Assembly: GCA_964633505.1 (NCBI GenBank) | Contig: CAZWHC010000001.1 | Span: forward strand, 596,015 to 660,014 | From: an uncultured Rikenellaceae bacterium | GTDB taxonomy: Bacteria; Bacteroidota; Bacteroidia; Bacteroidales; VadinHA17 | DNA length: 64,000 nucleotides | Direction of reading: 5' to 3' | In this document: piece after piece, positions 9,292 to 19,653 of the stretch | How the letters are laid out: every line of letters starts with the position of its first letter | Numbering within the stretch: the first letter of the stretch is position 1 | Program-made: the position numbers and the translations under genes | The notes under the pieces: generated by a model | The model's input: only the letters and a program-made list of their open reading frames with translations | Told to the model about the DNA's origin: nothing | Database searches by the model: none

Positions 9292-11232
9292 CTATTCATT
9301 GTTTTTCAGAAACTCATCCACATCATGTGAATATCTGGTCCAGTTATCCATTTCAATATCGAGCTTTTTTCTGAGTTCCTCATATTTAATGAAGATTCCG
9401 GCGCTTTCAGTGGAAGCAGCTTTCCTGGCAAGTTCAGTATCCAGATCAGCAAGTTCCTTTTCCATACTTTCTATCTCCTTTTCCGAATCTTCGAGCCTTC
9501 TTCTGAGCTTACGAAGATTTCTTTCATATTCCTTCTTCTCTATATATTTCTGCTTATTGGTTGATGTATCTTCGTCCCTTTCTTCCCTTGACGTTCTGTC
9601 TCTTTTCTCAATCTCCCTTAAGCTTACTATCTTTTTCTTTCTGAGGAAATCGTATATTCCTCCTATATTTTCCCTGATCCTGTTATGCCTGAATTCATAA
9701 ACTTTCGAAACAAGTCCGTCGAGAAAATCCCTGTCGTGAGAGACCACAATTAATGTGCCATCATATTTCAGGAGGGCCTGTTTCAGTACATCCTTTGAGC
9801 GCATGTCGAGATGATTTGTGGGCTCGTCCATCAGCAGAAGGTTACAGGGTTCAAGCAGAAGCCTGACAAGGGCAAGGCGCGATCTCTCGCCGCCTGAAAG
9901 GACCTTCACCTTTTTATCTACCTCCTCGCCCCTGAAAAGAAAGGCTCCGAGCATATCCCTGATCTTAGTCCTGATATCTCCCTTTGCAGCGTAGTCGATA
10001 GTTTCGAGGACAGTCATATTTTCATCAAGCAGTTCGTCCTGGTTCTGGGCAAAATATCCTATCCTCACATTATGCCCGACCTTAAACGATCCATCATATT
10101 CAAGCTCTCCGGTAATGATACGTGAGAATGTTGTTTTTCCTTCGCCGTTGCGGCCTACAAAAGCAACTTTTTCCCCTCTTGTAATTGTTATCGATACATT
10201 TTTAAGAACTATATGCGATCCATAGCTTTTTGAAAGACTTTCAGCCTCTACCACAACCGTGCCTGAACGCGGGGCAGGGGGGAACCTCAGGTTAATTGCT
10301 GAATTATCCTCCTCATCCACTTCAATTCTTTCGATCTTGTCGAGCTGCTTTATTTTTGACTGTACCTGGATTGCCTTGGTCGCCTTGTAACGGAATCTCT
10401 CGATGAATTTCTCGGTATCCTCAATCATTTTCTGCTGGTTCCTGAAAGAGGCTATCTGCTGCGTCCTTCTCTCTTCCCTTAAGACTACATATTCCGACCA
10501 CGATACCCTGTAATCGTATATTTTACCAAGGGATATTTCAATAGTCCTGTTTGTTACATTATCAAGGAAGGCGCGGTCGTGCGAGACGAGCATAACGGCT
10601 CCGGGATAACCGGCCAGAAATGTCTCAAGCCACTGGATCGATTCAATATCAAGGTGGTTGGTAGGTTCATCAAGAAGAAAGAGTGAGGGCTTCTGAAGGA
10701 TAAGCTTTGCCAGCTCAACCCTCATCCTCCATCCTCCGCTAAGCTCCCTGGTAGGTCTTTCAAATTCGCTCCTTTCAAATCCAAGGCCGGTAAGAGTCTG
10801 CTCCGTGTCGGCAAGATAATTATTACCGCCAAGCATCCTGAATCTCTCCTCTGTCTCGGCAAGCCTGTCGCAAAGATTAAGATAGTCAGATGAATGGTAG
10901 TCGGTCCTCAACGCAATTTCCCTGCTGTACGATTCAATTTTCCCCTCGAGGTTTATTAATCCCTCAAATGCAGTCAGAGCCTCATTGATTACTGTAGTTT
11001 TATCATCGAGGTTCATCTGCTGGGGAAGATAGCCTATTGTGACCTCCTTCGATTTATCAACCTTTCCTTTTGTCGGACTTTGGATACCTGCGATAAGTTT
11101 AAGAAGCGTCGATTTTCCTGCTCCGTTTTTTCCGGTCAGACCAATCCTGTCCTGTTCATTTATAAGAAATGAAATGTCGGTAAGAAGGTCAAAACTCCCG
11201 AAGGATAACGAAAGATCCTGTACAGAAACCAT
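9292..11232 (-). CDS. ABC-F family ATPase (two ABC cassettes, C-terminal coiled coil)
   Basis: Two Walker A sites ('GKNGAGKST', 'GRNGEGKTT'), two signature motifs ('LSGGWRMR', 'LSGGERSR') and no TM domain. Confidence 0.9.
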   Translation of the reverse strand: MVSVQDLSLSFGSFDLLTDISFLINEQDRIGLTGKNGAGKSTLLKLIAGIQSPTKGKVDKSKEVTIGYLPQQMNLDDKTTVINEALTAFEGLINLEGKIESYSREIALRTDYHSSDYLNLCDRLAETEERFRMLGGNNYLADTEQTLTGLGFERSEFERPTRELSGGWRMRVELAKLILQKPSLFLLDEPTNHLDIESIQWLETFLAGYPGAVMLVSHDRAFLDNVTNRTIEISLGKIYDYRVSWSEYVVLREERRTQQIASFRNQQKMIEDTEKFIERFRYKATKAIQVQSKIKQLDKIERIEVDEEDNSAINLRFPPAPRSGTVVVEAESLSKSYGSHIVLKNVSITITRGEKVAFVGRNGEGKTTFSRIITGELEYDGSFKVGHNVRIGYFAQNQDELLDENMTVLETIDYAAKGDIRTKIRDMLGAFLFRGEEVDKKVKVLSGGERSRLALVRLLLEPCNLLLMDEPTNHLDMRSKDVLKQALLKYDGTLIVVSHDRDFLDGLVSKVYEFRHNRIRENIGGIYDFLRKKKIVSLREIEKRDRTSREERDEDTSTNKQKYIEKKEYERNLRKLRRRLEDSEKEIESMEKELADLDTELARKAASTESAGIFIKYEELRKKLDIEMDNWTRYSHDVDEFLKNNE

Positions 11233-11329
11233 AGTTTTAAAAATTGAGCAAAGATAGAAAAAGTATGGGAGCCTTTAAAGAAGAGAGTTCCACAGGATGA
11301 ATTATCTTTGCCTCACTTAATACACAGCC

Positions 11330-12556
11330 ATGAATCTTAAAAGGTATATAAGCAGTCCGGTTTCTATCCTTATCCTTTTTGTATTCATTTTCAGTTCCTG
11401 CAGCAAGGACGAGGGACCCGAATATGATTATTTTGTAAGTAACACGCTTGCATCAAGTTATTCCGAATCATATATCGATGCCCTTCTTTCATATGCCGGA
11501 CAATCTTATCCTGAGCTGGCCGGACTTCAGCAGCATGTGTCGGGCGGTGTGAATGTTTACAAGATTGTATACAGGACCACTGTGGGCGGGGAGGAAATTG
11601 AAGCATCGGGACTGGTTTCAATACCCGATGTTCCCGGTGAATATCCTGTACTGAGCTTCCAGAATGGCACAAATACGCTTAATGCCGCCTGTCCCAGCGA
11701 AGATCCCGGAAGTTATATGTATCAGCTTGTTGAATATATCGCCTCGATGGGATTTGTTGTCTTTATACCAGATTATCCCGGATTCGGGAGTTCATCTGAT
11801 ATTCCACACCCTTATCTGCTGTCGGAGCCTACTGTTAATTCAATAACAGACATGTTCAGGGCTGTAAATGAGGCTGTTGATAAATTTCCCGGGGCAAAGT
11901 TGAAAAACAAATACTATCTCATAGGATACTCGCAGGGAGGCTGGGCCACAATGGCGCTCCATAAGCATCTCGAAACCGAAGCAGCTAAAGAATTCAACCT
12001 GGAAGGCACTGTTTGCGGAGCGGGACCGTACGACCTTTATCATGTCCTGACAGGCATGGTCAATTCCGAAACTTACAATTATCCTGCATATCTTGGTTAT
12101 ATAATTCATGCATATACTTCCTATGATTATATAACCAATCCGGTTTCTGACCTGCTGAATGAGCCCTATGCCTCACGCCTGAGCACTCTTTACGACGGTA
12201 ACCATTCGGCAGATCAGATAAATTCACAGTTGTCGACATCAATACCTGAGCTTGTAAAGGCGGATTTCAGAACAAACTATACGGATGCGAAGTATTCATC
12301 AGTAAGGAATTCACTGGTTGCAAACAGCATCGGATCTTATAAGACACAGGTCCCGTTGCTCCTTGTTCATGGCGATGCCGACACACAGGTGCCTGTATCA
12401 TCGACTCTGTTGTTTTATGATAATATGATACTTGCCGGTACAAGTACATCTGTCTGCACGAAAACTATCATACCAGGTCTTGACCATGGCGATGCGATAC
12501 TTCCATGCATGACTCAGGGGCTGGAGTTTCTGATAAACATAAGGGATAATAAATAA
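11330..12556 (+). CDS. lipase-like alpha/beta hydrolase lipoprotein
   Basis: Lipobox 'FSSC'. Nucleophile elbow 'GYSQGG'. C-terminal 'HGDADTQVP' and 'LDHG' are candidates for the acid and His of the triad. Confidence 0.6.
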   Translation: MNLKRYISSPVSILILFVFIFSSCSKDEGPEYDYFVSNTLASSYSESYIDALLSYAGQSYPELAGLQQHVSGGVNVYKIVYRTTVGGEEIEASGLVSIPDVPGEYPVLSFQNGTNTLNAACPSEDPGSYMYQLVEYIASMGFVVFIPDYPGFGSSSDIPHPYLLSEPTVNSITDMFRAVNEAVDKFPGAKLKNKYYLIGYSQGGWATMALHKHLETEAAKEFNLEGTVCGAGPYDLYHVLTGMVNSETYNYPAYLGYIIHAYTSYDYITNPVSDLLNEPYASRLSTLYDGNHSADQINSQLSTSIPELVKADFRTNYTDAKYSSVRNSLVANSIGSYKTQVPLLLVHGDADTQVPVSSTLLFYDNMILAGTSTSVCTKTIIPGLDHGDAILPCMTQGLEFLINIRDNK

Positions 12557-12631
12557 ATAGTTTGGTTGGGATAAAACTTATGAAATTTGAGTGTAAAAAA
12601 TTCATAAATAAAACGATAATCAGGTGAGACT

Positions 12632-12716
12632 CTTACCCCCTTCCCGACCTTCCCCCAAAGGGGAAGGAGGCGCTGCATGAAGCTTTTCCCCCCTGGGGGA
12701 AACGGGAAAGGGGGTG
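12632..12716. repeat. short hairpin-word cluster (CCTTCCCC-AAA-GGGGAAGG; TTTCCCCC-CT-GGGGGAAA)
   Basis: Two adjacent perfect 8-bp hairpins of low-complexity sequence lie between convergent and divergent genes. Confidence 0.7.
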
Positions 12717-12746
12717 TTTTGATTGAAATTACAATAATTTATAGAA

Positions 12747-14153
12747 GTGGGAAGAAAAAAAGACATGCCCCTGCTTGAAAGGGTGAGAATAACTGATATA
12801 GGAGCGGAAGGTAACGCAGTTGCAAGAGTTGAGAACCAGGTGGTGTTTGTTCCGATGCTTGTTCCCGGCGATGTAGTGGATATAAGGGTAAAGAAGAAGA
12901 GGAAGAAATATATGGAAGGATCTGTTATCCGTTTCCATGAATATTCTCCCGACAGGATAAAGCCGCGGTGTGTTCATTTCGGGGTATGCGGCGGCTGCAA
13001 ATGGCAGCACCTGCCTTATGATCTTCAGCTCGGATGGAAAGAAAAACAGGTCAGGGACAACCTTACGAGGATTGGCAGGCTGGAATTGCCGGAGATGAGT
13101 CCTATTGCCGGTTCATCTGACATATATGAATACAGGAACAAACTTGAATTTACTTTTTCGGACAAGCGCTGGCTTACCCGTGAAGAAATTACTTCCGAAA
13201 GCAGCTTTATAAAGGAAGACGCTCTTGGATTTCATATACCGGGATTGTTCGACAAGGTACTTGATATTAAGGAATGTCATCTGCAACCTGAGCCCTCCAA
13301 TGCCATCAGGGATGCAGTGAGACGGTTTGCCCACCGGAACGCATATTCATTTTTTAATCTCCGGGAACAGTCGGGATTCCTGAGAAACCTTATTATAAGG
13401 AATAACAGCAGGGGAGAGGTGATGGTTATTGTAGTCTTTTTTCTCGATGAAAAGGGCAGGATCGAAAAGCTGATGAATTATCTTGCCGGAGAGTTTCCAC
13501 AGATAAAATCGTTGTTTTACATAATAAACACAAAAAGGAACGACTCACTGGCTGATCAGGAGCCTGTTCTTTTCAGTGGTGATGACCATCTTGTTGAAGA
13601 GATGGGAGGACTGAAATTCAGGATAGGGCCAAAGTCGTTTTACCAGACAAATACCTTACAATCGGTCAGGCTCTATGAAATTGCGAAAGAATTTGCCGGA
13701 CTTACGGGAAATGAGGTGGTTTACGACCTTTATACAGGAACCGGAACGATAGCAAATTTCGTTGCGGATTCGGCAGAAAAAGTTGTGGGTATTGAATACA
13801 TTGATGAAGCTGTTAAAGATGCAGTCATAAACTCAGAAATCAACAATATTAAAAACACCAGGTTTTTCTCAGGAGATATTAGAGCGGTGCTGAATGACAG
13901 TTTTTTTGATGAAAATGGAAGACCTGATGTGATTATTACCGATCCACCCAGGGCGGGGATGCATGAGGATGTGGTGAAGTCGATTGTTTCGGCCTCCCCC
14001 CGAAGGATTGTATATATCAGCTGCAATCCTGCCACCCAGGCGCGTGATATTGCCCTTATGAGAGGAGATTACAGGGTTGTCAGGGTTCAGCCTGTGGATA
14101 TGTTTCCACATACCCACCATGTTGAAAATATAGTGCTCCTTGAGAAGATTTGA
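12747..14153 (+). CDS. rlmD: 23S rRNA (uracil-C5)-methyltransferase RlmD/RumA
   Basis: 468 aa with an N-terminal TRAM-like domain, the Fe-S Cys cluster 'CVHFGVCGGCKWQHL', SAM motifs ('DLYTGTGTI', 'DPPRAG') and the catalytic 'ISCNPAT'. Confidence 0.85.
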   Translation: MGRKKDMPLLERVRITDIGAEGNAVARVENQVVFVPMLVPGDVVDIRVKKKRKKYMEGSVIRFHEYSPDRIKPRCVHFGVCGGCKWQHLPYDLQLGWKEKQVRDNLTRIGRLELPEMSPIAGSSDIYEYRNKLEFTFSDKRWLTREEITSESSFIKEDALGFHIPGLFDKVLDIKECHLQPEPSNAIRDAVRRFAHRNAYSFFNLREQSGFLRNLIIRNNSRGEVMVIVVFFLDEKGRIEKLMNYLAGEFPQIKSLFYIINTKRNDSLADQEPVLFSGDDHLVEEMGGLKFRIGPKSFYQTNTLQSVRLYEIAKEFAGLTGNEVVYDLYTGTGTIANFVADSAEKVVGIEYIDEAVKDAVINSEINNIKNTRFFSGDIRAVLNDSFFDENGRPDVIITDPPRAGMHEDVVKSIVSASPRRIVYISCNPATQARDIALMRGDYRVVRVQPVDMFPHTHHVENIVLLEKI

Positions 14154-14219
14154 AATAACTAACTTCAAATTTTGAAGTTTATTCCTGTTTAACTATTTTT
14201 GTCGCGCCCGGTTCTTTCT

Positions 14220-14712
<493 letters not shown>

Positions 14713-14722
14713 ATACCCCACG

Positions 14723-16000
14723 CTACATCAATATCCCCGCCAGCGATGCAGAGATATATGATGCCATTGTCCCACAAATCATGGCTTTGAAACCAAGTCG
14801 TGCCAGATCGGCTTTTCGCTGTGGTACCATGGCTCCTATGCCGCCGAGCTGGATGGCGATAGAGCTGAAATTAGCGAATCCGCACAGGGCAAAACTTGCA
14901 ATAACTATCGATTTTGCACTGAGGACTCCCTGCTGAATGAGGGGAGAAAGATCGGAATACGCGACGAACTCGTTTATCACCATCTTAGTGCCCATGAGTG
15001 AGCCTACAGTAAACGATTCAGAAGCCGGTACGCCCATTACAATGGCGAACAATGAGAAAAAGGCGCCGAAAACATCTTTAAGCCTCAGGTGCTCAACATT
15101 AAGACCGATGAAATCGAGTGAAACGCCAGTCCAGTTGAGGAATAGTCCGAAATATCCGAGGAGGGCATCAACGAGAGCCACGAGAGCAATAACCCCGATA
15201 AGCATCGCTATAACATTTATTGATATTGTCATTCCGTCGGTTGCCCCGTGCGAGATGGCATCCATAATGTTAGTATGCTGTTTTTTTACCTCAAGCTTAA
15301 CGACTCCCTTTGTCTCCGACTCCTGAGTCTCGGGAAAGACGATCTTCGATATTACAAGAGCTCCGGGCGCTGCCATCAGACTTGCTGCAAGGAGGTAGGA
15401 TGCCGGAACTCCCATCGAAATATATACAGCCATCACTCCGCCTGCTATGCATGCCATACTTCCTGTCATCGAAGCAAGAAGCTCCGACATTGTCATTCCC
15501 GACAGATAGGGTCTTATCATAATCTGTGCTTCCACCTGTCCCACAAATGCGCTTGCCACATTCGAAAGCGCCTCGCTTCCGCTCACCCTCATTGCCCAAT
15601 GGACAAAACGTGCGAGAATGGCTACGATCCTCTGCATAAGCCCAACATGATAGGCCATTGATACAAGTACACAAACAAAAATTATCGTAGGGATAAGTAT
15701 AAAGAGGAAAACTCCTGCACTTACGATTGACGGTGGTAATATCTGTGATACTTTGGTCAGATCTCCGAATACGAATGCTCCTCCTTCCTGTGAAAAGTCG
15801 AGCAGCTTGTTTATGGCTTTGCCAAGAAATGCAAAGATATCCTGGCCTATCGGAACTTTGAGAATAAATATTGCCAGGGCTACCTGCAGAAGAAGTCCCG
15901 TTATAACAAGTCTTATGTTAATTGCTTTCCTGTTGTTCGACCAGAGGAAAGCCAGTCCCAGGATCACAATGATGCCAATAATTCCGGTAAAACGTGCCAT
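14723..16000 (-). CDS. NupC/NupG-family (CNT) nucleoside transporter
   Basis: 425 aa, polytopic. Length and sequence character are typical of concentrative nucleoside transporters ('GFANFSSIAIQLGGIGAMVPQRK'). Confidence 0.8.
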   Translation of the reverse strand: MARFTGIIGIIVILGLAFLWSNNRKAINIRLVITGLLLQVALAIFILKVPIGQDIFAFLGKAINKLLDFSQEGGAFVFGDLTKVSQILPPSIVSAGVFLFILIPTIIFVCVLVSMAYHVGLMQRIVAILARFVHWAMRVSGSEALSNVASAFVGQVEAQIMIRPYLSGMTMSELLASMTGSMACIAGGVMAVYISMGVPASYLLAASLMAAPGALVISKIVFPETQESETKGVVKLEVKKQHTNIMDAISHGATDGMTISINVIAMLIGVIALVALVDALLGYFGLFLNWTGVSLDFIGLNVEHLRLKDVFGAFFSLFAIVMGVPASESFTVGSLMGTKMVINEFVAYSDLSPLIQQGVLSAKSIVIASFALCGFANFSSIAIQLGGIGAMVPQRKADLARLGFKAMICGTMASYISASLAGILM

Positions 16001-16078
16001 TAAGGTTCGAATTAGTTTAGAGCTGATTCAAACCTACATTTTTTTTCGATTATTAAGCTTAGGATCGAAGAAAAGTTT

Positions 16079-16900
16079 TCAGATATATACCGCGATCTGG
16101 CCTTTCCTTGGTATAGCCCTGTACATTATCTTGGCATCGGCTTTGGGAACTCTTATTTTAATAAAAGGATGGTATTCAGGGACTTTGAATGAGGTGACGC
16201 TTTTCAACGACTGCCATGTGTTTTTAAGCCTGTCGTTAAGATCGAAAAAGAACAGATTGTTCCTGTCGGAGTTTGCCGAATCGGCAACTTCCTGGTAAAC
16301 ATATATCCGTAATCCGTTATCCATATCGAGAATATAGTTGACAGGTTCATAATCGGTTGTATCGGGTATGACGTCGGGTTTGAACTCGGAAGTATCCTTG
16401 GGGGCCATTTTTATCATCAGCGGCTCCTTCTTGATTGTAGCAATATAGCTTGCAATTGTCATAGGGGATGCAAGCATTGTTTGAATTGCATAATTATTAC
16501 CTGTCCGGAGTATCTTGCTGATCCTCATTTGGCTTATTTTGACCGAATGTACTGATACACCGCTGATCTCGAGATGCGCTGTACTGTCGGGAATATTAAG
16601 CGTCATATAGATCGAATCAGTGCCTGCCATCGCAATTTTTGACTGCAGGAATGATTTCTCCCTGAGAAGGCTTACATATGCCGAGTCGGTAAAAAGCCGC
16701 TCATCGGTTTTTTCCTCTGAATCATGCTTAACGCCATATCCGGTTTCAATTTCCTTAAGTTTCCTGGCCGGAGCCATCGATGCCATTATGCTGTAAAAAA
16801 CAAGGAATACAAGTAAGAAAGCCCCGGCAATTATAAGGATCAGGTTGCCTGACGAGAGTTTCTTCTTTTCGGTATTATCCAGGATTTCCGGTGTTTCCAT
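16079..16900 (-). CDS. hypothetical membrane-anchored protein
   Basis: 273 aa with a single N-terminal TM and no motif recognised. Its start lies 3 bp after the stop of the upstream L,D-transpeptidase gene. Confidence 0.4.
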   Translation of the reverse strand: METPEILDNTEKKKLSSGNLILIIAGAFLLVFLVFYSIMASMAPARKLKEIETGYGVKHDSEEKTDERLFTDSAYVSLLREKSFLQSKIAMAGTDSIYMTLNIPDSTAHLEISGVSVHSVKISQMRISKILRTGNNYAIQTMLASPMTIASYIATIKKEPLMIKMAPKDTSEFKPDVIPDTTDYEPVNYILDMDNGLRIYVYQEVADSANSDRNNLFFFDLNDRLKNTWQSLKSVTSFKVPEYHPFIKIRVPKADAKIMYRAIPRKGQIAVYI

Positions 16901-16903
16901 TGA

Positions 16904-17623
16904 TCAGAATATATAAACTTTTGAACCTATGCTGAGTGTATTGTAGATAGCTTCCAGATCTTCATCGTTGAGCCTTACGCATCCATGCGTGACCGGCATT
17001 CCAAGGAACCTTTTATACAGGGTGCCATGAATGAGATAGCCATCACCTATGCTCATTGCATAATCGCCAAGTACACCATATTCATATCTCGAAGGATGGT
17101 TTTCGGGAGGTATTGGAAGGCCTTCTTCAACAAATGCCCAGTCGGGCCTTCTCCATACAGGTGAAGTGATCTTTCCCTGTATCCAGTATTTCCCCTTGGG
17201 AGTTTTGAATATCCATTTTCGCTCTCCTTCGGTCTTAAGCATCGTATAACTTCCTGAGCTGCAGAATCCTTCACGGATAAGCTTTTTATTCTTGTATAGA
17301 AAAAACCTGTTGTCGGTAGTATTGATCACGATGTACGACTGGCCAGATGTGAATGAGGCATATTTTTTTGATAATCTCTGGACATCCCGTGTAAGCTGTG
17401 AAGTCTGCTTCTTATAGCTCTGTTCTTTTTTTAGTTCAGGATCGCTTAACATTTTGGTTAGGTGCGTACCCTTCATTTCCTGTATTCCCGGGACCATATA
17501 GATCACGAAGACAAACACGAAAAGAAGAGCCGCCAATGAAGCCAGTGTAAGAAGTATTATCCTGAGAACTTTGTTTTCTTTTAAGTTTATCATGATTTTG
17601 TTTTCAGTCAATAAGCTGATCAA
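16904..17623 (-). CDS. L,D-transpeptidase (YkuD domain)
   Basis: N-terminal TM. Catalytic 'YLIHGTLYKRFLGMPVTHGCVRL' (the HG...GC motif). Confidence 0.75.
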   Translation of the reverse strand: MISLLTENKIMINLKENKVLRIILLTLASLAALLFVFVFVIYMVPGIQEMKGTHLTKMLSDPELKKEQSYKKQTSQLTRDVQRLSKKYASFTSGQSYIVINTTDNRFFLYKNKKLIREGFCSSGSYTMLKTEGERKWIFKTPKGKYWIQGKITSPVWRRPDWAFVEEGLPIPPENHPSRYEYGVLGDYAMSIGDGYLIHGTLYKRFLGMPVTHGCVRLNDEDLEAIYNTLSIGSKVYIF

Positions 17624-18725
17624 GGTTTACCATTGAGCCGACTATTGTCACCGGAGTTCCTTCCCCGGCAATTCTGTAAACCACATCCATCTCTGAATTT
17701 GTCAGGGCGATGCAGCCTTCGGTCCAGTCAATTCCCCTGCCGCCGTCGCCATGGATCTCAATCAGGTTCCCCGGTTTTGAATTTTTTGGCAGGGAGCCGC
17801 GTGCTATTTCATTTCTCAGTTCCTGCAGGTCATTTGCATTCGGATAATCAATCAACAGCGCTTTGTGATATTTTGTTTTGTTGCTGCCGAATTTCCTTGT
17901 GATCCTGTACATCCCTTCCGGAGTTCTTTTGTCGCCCTTTACCTTTTTATCACCTACCCAGTTTTTGCCGAGTTCCACATGATATTCGTACTTTTTTACA
18001 CCGGCATGGTAAATAAGGCATTTCCGGGAGTACTTATCAATAATTATTGAATAGCTGTTATTCTGGCGTGATTCACTGATTGTTCTTTCGGCCCATTTTT
18101 TCCAGACCGGATATGAGTTGAAGTATTCTTTAAGATGGTTGGTTGCAAATTCGAACGATTCTGTCAGGAGAATCTCCGAGTCGGCAATTTTAGTTTTAGA
18201 AAGTGGATAATCTCCTTTATTGTATGCTACCTCCGCTTCTTTCAGTAGCATTTTCCCCCTGGAGATGTTTTTCCAGATCTCGGCCGAAAGGGGATAGGCC
18301 GAATATCTTTCATCTATCTGATTTACTATTGTATTCAGTTTATCGATTTTTTGCTTCAGGAAGATATTAAGGTCGGTGACGTTGTTTTTTGATACTTTAG
18401 CTGCCTGTCTTGCTTTTCTGGCACAAAGATCTGCAAAATTTTCGACCTTACCGTAATCCCTGAAGTAAAGAAAGCGCTTATTCTCAAGCTGCCAGTTTAC
18501 CATGGCGGAGTCGTACAGGGCTCTGGCTTCGCGGAACAGATTCCTTGAATATGTATCAGCTTTGTTGGCAGTTGCTTCCGACAGGGCAATCCTGGCAAGT
18601 TCAACTTTATGTTCCGGTGGTTTCGGGGCAAATCTGACAAGAAGGGTGACTGCCACAGCAGCGAATGCTGTGAACCCGATGAACCAGAATGTTCTTCTCC
18701 AGACCTTCTTGAGCCTCCTCATCAA
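17604..18725 (-). CDS. L,D-transpeptidase-family protein (YafK-like catalytic domain)
   Basis: 373 aa with an N-terminal TM. C-terminal 'IEIHGDGGRGIDWTEGCIALTNSEMD'. It overlaps the next gene by 20 bp. Confidence 0.65.
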   Translation of the reverse strand: MMRRLKKVWRRTFWFIGFTAFAAVAVTLLVRFAPKPPEHKVELARIALSEATANKADTYSRNLFREARALYDSAMVNWQLENKRFLYFRDYGKVENFADLCARKARQAAKVSKNNVTDLNIFLKQKIDKLNTIVNQIDERYSAYPLSAEIWKNISRGKMLLKEAEVAYNKGDYPLSKTKIADSEILLTESFEFATNHLKEYFNSYPVWKKWAERTISESRQNNSYSIIIDKYSRKCLIYHAGVKKYEYHVELGKNWVGDKKVKGDKRTPEGMYRITRKFGSNKTKYHKALLIDYPNANDLQELRNEIARGSLPKNSKPGNLIEIHGDGGRGIDWTEGCIALTNSEMDVVYRIAGEGTPVTIVGSMVNLDQLID

Positions 18726-18735
18726 TTGAAATGTT

Positions 18736-18769
18736 AAAAAAAACCCCGGGCAGACCCGGGGAATTTTTT
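18736..18769 (-). terminator. rho-independent terminator
   Basis: CCCCGGG-CAGA-CCCGGGG hairpin (18744-18761) flanked by A/T runs, downstream of 18790..19386. Confidence 0.6.
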
Positions 18770-18789
18770 AATAATGTTATAAAGCAAAA

Positions 18790-19386
18790 TTAAAATTTAA
18801 TTCTTGCTTTTGTAAGAACTTCCTTAACTTCTGCATTAAGACCGTCAGCTTTTTCTTTAGCAGCTTTGATCTTGTTGAGGGCATCCATATAGGAACCTTT
18901 GTCGAAAAGACCCTGTGCTTCAACAACAGCAGCGTCAACAGTAGCAACGTCAGCCTTGATCTGTTCGATAACAGCAGCGCCTTCTTTTCCTCTCGGAAGT
19001 TTCGGGATGAGTTTGCCGTTCTCTTCAATGACAGTTGTGATGCCAGTGAGAAGGGTTGTGGTTTCAGCTTTAACTTCTTCCTTCTTTGTAGCTGCGTTTG
19101 TAGCAACAGTGTTGGCAAGAGTTACAATGCTGGTAAGTTTAGCTTTGGCAGGACCAAATTTCTTGAATAATTTTGATTCCTGAGCTGTGATGTCAGCCAT
19201 AACGGCATTCAGTGAATCCTGAACAGCAGCAAATTCTGCAGCAACGTAAACAGGTGCTTCAGCAGTCTTAGCGGCTTCGATAGCTGCGTTTGCAGCATCA
19301 ATTTCAGCCTGAGGTTTCTTTCCGCAACTCGAAAGGATAGCAACCATTGCAACAGCTACTAATCCCATTAAAACTTTGTTCTTCAT
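18790..19386 (-). CDS. Ala/Lys-rich lipoprotein (unknown function)
   Basis: Lipobox 'ILSSC'. Predicted helical and low in complexity. Followed by a terminator. Confidence 0.45.
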   Translation of the reverse strand: MKNKVLMGLVAVAMVAILSSCGKKPQAEIDAANAAIEAAKTAEAPVYVAAEFAAVQDSLNAVMADITAQESKLFKKFGPAKAKLTSIVTLANTVATNAATKKEEVKAETTTLLTGITTVIEENGKLIPKLPRGKEGAAVIEQIKADVATVDAAVVEAQGLFDKGSYMDALNKIKAAKEKADGLNAEVKEVLTKARIKF

Positions 19387-19653
19387 TTCTTTTCTTTTTT
19401 AATACTTTGTTTTGAAAAATTACGATTATTTGGTAGTAATCGGTTCCTCTTAAAAAAATCGGGGCGAAGATAAATATTTTTAAAAATCCGGCAATGGGAA
19501 AATTGAATTTTGTTAATTATTTTTTTTCAACACTAATTAGTCGCCTGATATTAACCTTTCAGGTTTGAAATAATACCATAAAACATTTTCAGAAGCTTCT
19601 TATACAAATATATTACAAACTGATCAATCCGAAACGATCACCCGGTTTATAAA